A stretch of DNA of 18,704 nucleotides, taken from positions 1 through 18,704 of the forward strand of contig NW_021824452.1 of assembly GCF_006345805.1 (NCBI RefSeq), written 5' to 3'. Source of the stretch: Octopus sinensis (Eukaryota). Both the position numbers and the translations under genes were made by a program. Under the pieces are notes generated by a model that was not told the origin of the DNA, did not search any database, and saw only the letters and a program-made list of their open reading frames with translations. Positions 10,584 to 18,704 of the stretch are shown piece by piece; the first letter of the stretch is position 1; the number at the start of each line of letters is the position of its first letter.

Positions 10584-10699
10584 TATGTGAAGAGAACTCT
10601 TTCAGTTTCCTGTACTTTTCTTTCATTTTTTGGCCGATTTTTTACTCCAGCTTCGTGGTGGTTTCAGATCTGATCTATTTTCATAGGCTGTTACACGTC

Positions 10700-12012
10700 C
10701 ATGATGCCTTAGGGTGGTGCCTTCTAAGCATTGTCAACAGTTTTCGTATTTTTCTGTCAAGATTACATATTTCAGTAATTGACCAGTTAACGATATTGAA
10801 ACTGTAAGTCACGACTGGTATGGCTAATGCATTGATCGCTTCGATCCTGTTTCTCGCATTCAGCTCTGTCTTGAGTATTGCTCTTACTCTGCGATAACAT
10901 TCTCTCCTGATCCTTTCCGTCATCATTGAATGCCTTATTCCGTCCCCTTGAATTACCCCTAGGTACTTGTAGCACTCCACTGGGTCTAGTTCTTTTATGA
11001 TATTCTGCTGGTCGAGGTAAACGTTAGATGTTTCTGTCATTTTCCCTTTGATAAAAGTAGCTTTTGCACATTTATCGAGGCCAAATTGCATTCTGATATC
11101 ATCGCTGAATTGTTTTACAATCGTTGGTAAGCCATTTTTGTTATTAGCCATTTTTTGCAAAGAACTTTAAATCATCCATGTAAATGAGATGATTTATATT
11201 TTTATCCAACATTTTATTATATCCGCACTGTGCATCATTGAGCAATTTTGAGGGAGGTATTAAGGCTAAACAAAAGAGGAGTGGTGATAGTGAGTCACCC
11301 TGGCAGTTGCCACATGAAATATTTACATCACCAGCATTTAGAAATTCATCGTCACTGTTCAAAGTTAGTGTGGTTCTCCATGATCTCATACTTACGGACA
11401 AAAGGTTTCGCAGAGTAGGCGCTATTTTGTACATTTCTAGGCATTTCTTTATCCAGCTATGTGGAAGGCTATCAAAAGCCTTTTTATAGTCTATCCAGGC
11501 TATTGATAAGTTTTTGTGTCGTTTGTGACAATCTTCTAAGATCATCTTATTGATAAGTAGTTGATCTTTACGACCGTAGGATCCACGTTTACATCCTTTC
11601 TGATCATTAGGGAATATGCTGCTGTGTGTCAAAAAACTATACGTTTATTCCGTCAGGACAGATGTTAGTGGTTTATACATATTTGTTAAGCAGGTTATGG
11701 GTCTATAGTTTTTGGGTTCATTTGTTTCTTCACTTTTTGGAAGCAGGAATGTTAACCCATTAACTAGCCAAGGAGGCATCTTACTAGGGTGTTGCAAAAC
11801 ATCATTGTAAAGTTCTGTTAGCAGTTCATGGCTCTCTGGGAAGTCATTCAACCAAAAGTAGGGATTTTATCCTTTCCTGGAGACTTCCATTTGCTTGACC
11901 TCCTGAGAGCAGATCTTACATCTTCTACCTCGACACCCACCCACTTTTGCTCCTCTAAGGAGTACAAGTCGTAGCTATTCTATCAATCCAAGGGGCCTTT
12001 TCGTTGTGTGTT
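10700..12012 (-). mobile_element. R4/Dong-clade LINE, internal reverse transcriptase fragment
   Basis: ORF-track pieces 11645-11851, 11144-11632 and 10681-11160 contain [61 protein letters not shown] and HHPKA. Upstream: HNEKAPWI, WKSPGKDKI. No endonuclease domain retained. Confidence 0.95.
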
Positions 12013-12027
12013 TTTTCTTATGAGATC

Positions 12028-12216
12028 AAGGGTACACCAGGCACATGCATCACAACCATATGTGCGCGACATGGTGATCTCATATCAAGATAAACAGCAC
12101 ATGACCTTGCAGGTGGAGCCCAGTTAGAATTTTCTTCAGAGCGAGTAACCCATCCCGCTCAAAAGGTCCCTGAATAAGGGTTGTTTAAGGATGTTGAACG
12201 AAACACCCATGTTTCC
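12028..12216 (-). mobile_element. Partial copy of a non-coding (TAA)n-associated interspersed repeat, fused to the LINE fragment
   Basis: Diverged duplicate of 12319-12497 (shared CCATATGTGCGCGACATGG, GTTAGAATTTTCTTCA, CCCATCCC.CTCAAAAG). Confidence 0.8.
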
Positions 12217-12232
12217 TATTATTATTATTATT

Positions 12233-12770
12233 GAGTGAGAGAACGGTGAATGTCATCAAAGTGACACTGGCGTAAAATATACGAAGCCCAGTATACCCAT
12301 CTTGATTACCCGTCTGATAAGGGTGCTCCAGGCCCATATCCATATGTGCGCGACATGGCGATCTTATATCAATATAAACAGTGCATAACTCTACAGATGG
12401 GTTCGAGTTAGAATTTTCTTCAATTTCAGTAGCCCATCCCACTCAAAAGTACCCTGAATTAAGTTTGTTTAAAGATGAACAAAATACCCAAGTTTCCGGA
12501 GGGGAATTATTGAAACCCCAAAGAATTCCTCTGAACACATGGCTATTGTGCTCCCCAACTACTTCTGCTCGTGATCAGAGATGCACATATCGTCAGCCAC
12601 TAAGGGACATGGCCAAGTGGTTAAAATCAAGCAAATGACAAGCAAATCTGTGGTATTGAGCAGAATATTTGCTCTAGGCCATCTTTTATACCAAGACAAA
12701 ACAATGTACATGATAATGCTTCCAATCACTTAAGATCAGCAGCCATGAGAGACACTGCCTGGTACTGCAT
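12233..12770 (-). mobile_element. ~540-bp non-coding SINE-like element between (TAA)n tracts
   Basis: (TTA)n on both sides (12217-12232 and 12770-12779), plus the internal homology to 12028-12216. No clear tRNA head. Orientation is inferred from the longer TAA tail. Confidence 0.65.
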
Positions 12771-12840
12771 TATTATTATGTTTTTGTTGTTGTTGTTATT
12801 AGTATTATTGCTGTTGTTGTTGTTGTTGTTATTATTAATA
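12771..12840. repeat. (TTA)n/(TTG)n trinucleotide tract
   Basis: Directly visible. Confidence 0.9.
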
Positions 12841-13255
12841 TATTTAAATTCTTTCGTCACACATACTATGATCTCCTCATCGACTCTCTGCTCCACCTGT
12901 TTCTTCTTATCCTGCTTAATCCATTATTAAAAATTGTATTTGATATCTACTTTTCTACTGTTTGTCAAGTGGATTGTTTCTCAAATAATTTATACTCGGA
13001 ACAATTGTACATATATCCCTGGTTAAAACGGAATTTCCCATTGGTGCAGCTACATATTTTAGTAATTGTTTGCAAGTGCTATGATACTTGTGAAGCTTAC
13101 TTTCAACGACGCAAATGTCTCGTTTTCACAAATGCAAGTTTATGGTTGCATGAAAAATTCGGACAAGCTGAAGTAGACGAGGTGGGTAGCGCAGGTCGGG
13201 GGGTGAACTCCTTATGGATGAGAAGAGGAGAATTGAGAGAGGAATGCATACACAC

Positions 13256-13256
<1 letters not shown>

Positions 13257-13307
<51 letters not shown>
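13257..13307. repeat. (TA)n microsatellite
   Basis: Directly visible. Confidence 0.95.
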
Positions 13308-13309
<2 letters not shown>

Positions 13310-13312
<3 letters not shown>

Positions 13313-13945
13313 GCAGTATCGCCCGGCGTTGCTCGGGTTTGTAAGGGAAATAACTATATAAGCATTTTTAGAGATTTATAGCCAAAAAATAGCAAAAAAT
13401 GCATTAAAAATGGAAATAATATGATGGTAAATTTTTTTTAAAATCGTTGACTCATCGTAGACATTTTTAGAGAGTTACTTCCCTTATATAATAGCGAAAA
13501 AATGCATTAAAATGGAAAAAAAACGATGGTAATTTTTTTTTTAAATCGTAGACTCATGTAGACGCTTTCTTAGCCATTTCTGTTTTGGTGTCTTCAAGCC
13601 ATGAAGTCGTTGTTCTAAAAGAACGCTGGTCTCCTTGACAACGCATTACGACGTTGATTTCCTTACACTCCCTTCCCCACAGGTGCAGGTGTGAGCGTGG
13701 ACGCCAACTCCGCCGCCATCGACACACGAAAAATTATGCATTAAAATGGAATAAAAAATTATGTTAAATTATTTTTAAATCGTAGACTCATCGTAGACGC
13801 GCGCTAATACTCAGACGGGCTCGATATGAATCACGACTATAAGCTACCCGAATTTGGTTAAACTGCACCGCAAAATGCGGGAGTAGTTAGGAATCTAAAT
13901 CGAAGGGGACAGACACTCACACAACTACAGTTTTATATATATAGA
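13310..13945 (-). mobile_element. Non-autonomous Helitron (636 bp)
   Basis: Minus strand starts TC (13945-13944) and ends CTAG (13313-13310). A GC-rich hairpin CCCGAGCAACGCCGGG (13322-13337) lies ~8 nt before the CTAG. Inserted between A and T with no TSD. Confidence 0.88.
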
Positions 13946-13964
13946 TATACATAGCGCAGTAGTG

Positions 13965-14548
13965 GTGAGATGTGACAGCAAAGAAAAGCATACATTCACT
14001 CTCTGCATGCAATTAGACTCGGAAAGTTCGTGAGGAACCCATTGACCCAATTTGCTGACTTTTCCGATAGCACACAGTTCTCAATGAATGACCAAATCCA
14101 AGCTTCTCTGCTAGTTCCTCAACAGTTACGATGAGATTTTGTTCCACCAGGGTTTTCAGGATGTCCTTGTCGAGTTCTACAGATCTTTCAGGATGAGGCT
14201 CGTCTTCTAGGCTGTAGTTTATGGCTCGGAATTTCTGGAACCACCATTGACACTACCTTACGCTTATTGTCCAATCCCCATATACTGCATTAATATTTCT
14301 TGTACTTTCCGTTGCGTTGTTGTCTTTATTGAACTCATAAAGCAAAATATGCCAAATATGCTCCTTTGTTACTTCCAATATAGCTTTGAAAAAAATAGCT
14401 GTTAAAATCGAAATGCACTCTTCAAAACTTGCAGTATGAATAAGGACAAGATAAAATTACTACCTGCTTTTATAGCAAGTTAATATAAGTGGTTTATCCC
14501 ATTCCCCTCTGACTTTTAGTTCAAGCTGTTGAAAAAACCGCATTATTA
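13965..14548 (-). mobile_element. 5' half of a second mariner element (decayed)
   Basis: Minus translation from 14378: (M)EVTKEHIWHILLYEFNK..WWFQKFR..SLEDEPH..GKVSKLGQWVPHELSE. TIR-like ATAATGCGGTTTTTT near 14534-14548. No DDD domain present. Confidence 0.88.
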
Positions 14549-14550
14549 TA

Positions 14551-14592
14551 TATACATACATACATACATACATACATACATACATACATACA

Positions 14593-14624
<32 letters not shown>

Positions 14625-14650
14625 CACACACACTCTCTCTCTCACACACA
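14551..14650. repeat. (CATA)n followed by (CA)n/(CT)n
   Basis: Directly visible. Confidence 0.95.
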
Positions 14651-14654
14651 TGCA

Positions 14655-14712
14655 CACATTTATATTCTGTTATTCTTTTATATGTTTCAGCCTTGAGGTT
14701 GTGGCCATGCTG
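14655..14712 (-). mobile_element. SINE 3' tail fragment
   Basis: TGTTTCAG...GTGGCCATGCTGGA matches the SINE tail at 15490-15522. Confidence 0.7.
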
Positions 14713-14846
14713 GATCATGTGTGTGTGTGTGTGTGTGTGTCTATCTGTCTGTCTGTCTGTATGTATATATGTATATGTATGTGTGTGAACAATAATATTT
14801 TCAACAGATGTGTTGCAAATGTATCTGATTGTTCTCAAGCTTCAAT

Positions 14847-15030
14847 ACTGTGTGTGTGTGTGTATGTGTGTGTGTGTATGTATGTATGTATATGTATGTA
14901 TGTATATGTATGTATGTATGTGTGTATGTGTGTGTGTATGTATGTGTGTGTGTGTATGTATGTGTGTATGTATGTATGTATGTATGTATGTATGTATGTA
15001 TGTATGTATGTATGTATGTATGAGTGTATG
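14847..15030. repeat. Mixed (TG)n/(TATG)n microsatellite
   Basis: Directly visible. Confidence 0.95.
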
Positions 15031-15472
15031 TTTACTTTATTACTAACACAAGCCACTACGGTTATTTAATGTAAGGTCCTCCTCAAATCACTCTCTGTCG
15101 TTATTTACTCTCTTCCAAGAACATTTTCACTCACTCTTATGTGTTAGCTTCCCATACATTTTACTCATGTATCTATCAGCGTCATTGACAGAAACAAATA
15201 TTACATCTAGTTTCACTTTATTCGTTGCCCACTGTGTGTGTGCGTTTGCGTGTGGTGTAAACCAGACTAAGAAAAGCATTTGACACACACACCAGAATGT
15301 GAGTTTTCTGTAAATTTTGCTTAATTGGAGTTTAAATTTTAAAAACTGGACCTGGCATGACGCGATGCATTGTACTCTTAAAACTGCTAGGTAAATTGTA
15401 ATTGAAGAAATCCTATATTGTAGATTTGTATAACTCCCAAAGGGAGGCAGATAAAATCTGCCTTTTATAATA

Positions 15473-15874
15473 AGAGATACTCTTTTACTTGTTTCAGTCA
15501 TTTGACTGTGGCCATGCTGGAGCACCCCGCCTTTAATCGAGCAACTCGACCCCGGGACTTATTCTTTGTAAGCCCAGTACTTACTCTATCGGTCAGTTTT
15601 TGCCGTACCGCTAAGTGACGGGGACATAAACACACCAGCATCGGTTGTCAAGCAATGTTGAATGGGACAAATACAAACATACACGCGCACACACATATAT
15701 GTACATGTATACGACGGGCTTCTTTCAGTTTCCGTCTACCAAATCCACTCACAAGGCTTTGGTCGACCCAAGGCTACAGTAGAAGACACTTGCCCAAGGT
15801 GTCACGTATTGGGACTGAACCCTGAACCATGTGGTTGGTAAGCAAGCTACTAACCACACAGCCACTCCTGCGCC
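15473..15874 (-). mobile_element. Complete tRNA-derived SINE (head, internal TA/TG tract, 3' body, tail)
   Basis: Head GGCGCAGGAGTGGCTGTGTGG with GGTTCAGTCC B-box-like motif. 3' body (TTGACAACCGATGCTGGTGTGTTT...GCTCCAGCATGGCC...GAAACAAGTAAAAGA) is homologous to 17715-17930. Confidence 0.92.
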
Positions 15875-15897
15875 TATATATATATATATATAATATA

Positions 15898-15938
<41 letters not shown>

Positions 15939-16061
15939 TTTCTGTTTCTTTGCCTATCAAACTGCTTATCTAATAATTTATCTGTCTCTCTATGACTCTT
16001 TCTCTCGCTCTCTCTCTCTTTCAACATATATAAGTGTGTTTGTGTATGTATATATGTATGC

Positions 16062-16092
<31 letters not shown>

Positions 16093-16214
16093 ATATATAT
16101 AATATTATATATATATATATATATTATATATATGTATATATATATATGTACATATATATATATGTATATATATATATATATGTACATATATATACATACA
16201 TATATATATATTAT

Positions 16215-16291
<77 letters not shown>

Positions 16292-16320
16292 ATGTATATG
16301 TATATAAGGATAATATATAT
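15875..16320. repeat. Compound (TA)n/(GA)n/(CT)n low-complexity block
   Basis: Directly visible. Confidence 0.9.
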
Positions 16321-16509
16321 AAGGATCATTATTTGAAATATCGATCTTATCAGGTGGCTAGCATGGGAATAAAAACCTCAAAGGTTTTAATTGATTATTA
16401 AAATTATAATTTAGGATATATAAGGGATACCACCACGCCAGAAATAGCAGCCAAAACTTTACTGTTAAACCACATTAATGTGCTTTCAGAGTAAAGTTTT
16501 TGCTGCTAA

Positions 16510-17575
16510 AACGATAAAATTCCACAAAAGTGGTGTCTTCCTCACAATGGCAACCGAGTAACGCTCCACATTCTAGTTATCCCGACCGCCAGACGCACAT
16601 CTACAGGCGTCTCTCTCCTCCGGTTTACAAATGAAATTTCAGAGTAGGCCCATTCACACGGGTCATCCTCGCCACATTCACCCACCTTTCGACAAATTTA
16701 CTAGGGAGCAGAACTTCTCCCTCTAAACTAAACGTTCCTTTTTCAGGTTGAAATTAAAAAAGTCGATGAGGTCTTGGCCGAAGAGGAAACTATGTCTTCA
16801 GTCCTTTCAAACTTGTCTACCACACTATCTCTTTCGCTACCAGACAGAGGAAAGCCGCCTTTCCCTCTCGACCTAAAGAAGGCGGCGGGGTGGAACTCAC
16901 AATGGACTCTGCTAATAACCAGATCCATCCTACACGTAACAAAAGCTGTTCGACAAAGTTCCACAAGTCAGTAATGCACACCGGACAATTTCGTCGCCCA
17001 GCGCACACGTTTGACAGGTCCGTCTGAGAGTACTTCTGTGTCCATAATGCTTGTCTTGAACCGGCAGAGCTCCCTCGTAGTAATGCCAGGCCAAGGATTT
17101 CTGGAAGTTACCCGTAGGACCCGGCTTGAAACTCCTCAGGAGAAGACCAGTTCATTGATTCCCCCCGACAACCAGAGTTTTCCAGAGAACGTTGTCGCTC
17201 TTTTCCGCAACTAATTACCTATAGAATTCCATTGTGGAATTTCTGTCGACCGCGTTGCCCGACTGGAAGAAAGCTGTGAGTGCTTGCCGGCACTCCCGGT
17301 GCCAAGGGCCCTGTCTTGGTCTGCTGTTGATCCAGGACTACAGCGCCGTCAATGAGCGAACTGCAGCAAATCCCGTGTGACAAACGGCGACCACACCTGT
17401 TCACAGTTAAGAAAATGCTGGAGATGCCGCAGCCTCAGTGCATGTCTGCGCATCATTAGACATAGCATGCCTGGTCCTCCACTCAGCGGCTGTTGGCAGC
17501 AGATGGACCGTCTGACAGGCGGAACAGGTCCCTTCCGCTAAAACCAGAAGAGTAATGCACCAGCTACAGGAATCG
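16510..17575 (-). mobile_element. 5'-truncated Tx1/L1-superfamily LINE: ORF2 C-terminus and 3' UTR
   Basis: Minus translation: FWF*RKGPVPPVRRSICCQQPLSGGPGM, SLAWHYYEGALPVQDK, degenerate knuckle CQTCALGDEIVRCALLTC, LWNFVEQLL, FLCLVAKEIVW, FVERWVNVARM..KFHL* (stop 16625-16627). The 3' UTR boundary is approximate. Confidence 0.8.
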
Positions 17576-17722
17576 TGTTTGTGTGTCTGTGCGTGTTCAA
17601 GAGTGTGCGCGCGTGCGTGCCTGTGTATGTGTGAGTGTGCCTGTATGCGTGTGTACGCTTGTGTGAGTGTGCGTGCGAGCGTGCGTGTGCGAGTTTGTGT
17701 GTGTGTGTGTGGTGTGTGTGTG
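17575..17722. repeat. Degenerate (GT)/(GC) dinucleotide tract
   Basis: Directly visible. Confidence 0.9.
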
Positions 17723-17930
17723 ATTTCCCCCTCCACCGCTTGACAACCGGTGCTGGTGTGTTTACGTTACCGCAACCTACCGGTTCGGCCTTACAGACAG
17801 ATGAAATAAGTGCCAGGCTAACTTTTTAAAAAAAATATAAGTCCTGGGGTCGGTTTGTTCGTCTAAAATTTCTTGGAGGCGGTGCTCCAGCAAGGCCGCC
17901 GTCTAATGAGTGAAACGACTAAAAGATATT
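17715..17930 (+). mobile_element. SINE 3' half, head absent
   Basis: Homologous to the reverse complement of 15473-15670. Confidence 0.85.
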
Positions 17931-17984
17931 AACAAATTAATATTTAGGGAGAAGGGAGATAACTCCTAGTCGTTCACATTCGGA

Positions 17985-18140
17985 AAAAAAGGGAAGAGTA
18001 AATAAGAGAGAGACAGATAGAGTGAGAGTGGGAGGGAGAGAGAAAGTAAGATAGAATGATTTTGTAATATACAATAAGGTGAGAGAGAGAAAGAGAGAGA
18101 GAGAGAGGAAGGAAAAGACTGAGAGGGAGAGTGAGAAAGG
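17985..18140. repeat. Degenerate (GA)n polypurine tract
   Basis: Directly visible. Confidence 0.85.
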
Positions 18141-18149
18141 GAGGCAGGC

Positions 18150-18574
18150 GGATCTTTTCGGTTTGAACGGCAGTTTTTCCTAGGGGTGTCATATGAAATT
18201 GTCACTCATAATTATGACCCTAGAATCGATATATTGCATTTCAATCTGTTTTAGGGTTAGGGTTAGGGTTAGGGTTAGGGGTGGGGAAGGGGTATCTTTT
18301 TTTCTTCAGAAATGTAAATAAACCCAATCTGTTTCTTAAACGGGAGAATAATTTACGGCACAGAATGTTTTCCACCTCAATAACGTCATTGATTGGTTGA
18401 AATTGCAGAATTGAAAAAAAAAACAACAAGTATCTTACAACCCATAGAATTTTCTCAATAAAGCCAAGAGAAAAAGATGTTTTATAAACACATTCTACCC
18501 GTATACGAAGTTAAAAAATTTTTAGTACGTGGAAATTATTTTTAAAAAACTGCCGTTTCAAACGGAAAAGATCC
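18150..18574. mobile_element. 425-bp non-autonomous DNA transposon (MITE) with ~30-bp TIRs and 9-bp TSD
   Basis: Left TIR GGATCTTTTCGGTTTGAACGGCAGTTTTT; right TIR reverse complement GGATCTTTTCCGTTTGAAACGGCAGTTTTT. Perfect TSD GAGGCAGGC at 18141-18149 and 18575-18583. Confidence 0.92.
18251..18280 (+). repeat. (TTAGGG)5 telomere-type repeat inside the MITE
   Basis: Five exact hexamers followed by GTGGGGAAGGGG. Confidence 0.97.
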
Positions 18575-18609
18575 GAGGCAGGCAGCTGAGACCATGAATG
18601 TGTCTGTAT

Positions 18610-18704
18610 ATGGGTGCGGCTGTGTGGTGACCCACTTGCTTCCCAGCCACAGGGTTTCCATTGAATCCCACTGCATGGCAGTATGGGAAAGTGTCTTCTT
18701 CCAT
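18610..18704 (+). mobile_element. Diverged tRNA-derived SINE head, cut by the window end
   Basis: GGCTGTGTGG...CCAGCCACA.GGTT...CCCACTGC.TGGCA...AAGTGTCTTCT aligns with the heads at 6270-6432 and 15709-15874. Confidence 0.8.

Noticed and set aside
12850-13250. Minus-strand EEIIVCVTKEFKY resembling an RT domain-7 motif; plus-strand ORF 12969-13313
   Set aside because: Single weak motif amid stops. The ORF ends in a TA repeat and has no recognisable domain.
16730-16974. Strong-looking acceptor TTCCTTTTTCAG followed by an open frame; minus-strand HPAAFF resembling Gypsy RNase H
   Set aside because: Both are explained as antisense or off-frame readings of the Tx1 ORF2 C-terminus.
18251-18280. 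(TTAGGG)5 as a true telomere or fusion scar
   Set aside because: Only five units, single orientation, and inside a TSD-bounded transposon.

Overview
Repeat-saturated, AT-rich eukaryotic DNA with no supportable host gene. The SINE families and microsatellite mix look like an octopod/coleoid cephalopod genome; this is inferred from recalled repeat families, not from a search. It holds two R4/Dong-type RLE LINEs (one near full length with a probable TSD), a Tx1/L1-type LINE 3' fragment, three Tc1/mariner relics, a non-autonomous Helitron, a 9-bp-TSD MITE carrying (TTAGGG)5, several tRNA-type SINE pieces and many microsatellites. Almost all ORFs in the supplied track are microsatellite artefacts or TE fragments. 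The best signal is a 2.4-copy tandem array of a ~507-bp unit (about 8181-9408) between (TA)n tracts. Each full unit carries a canonical-core type I hammerhead ribozyme on the minus strand, so it looks like a retrozyme or Penelope pseudo-LTR system able to release a 507-nt RNA. Nearby in the same (TA)n zone are a second hammerhead-like motif and a 94-bp-arm inverted repeat.
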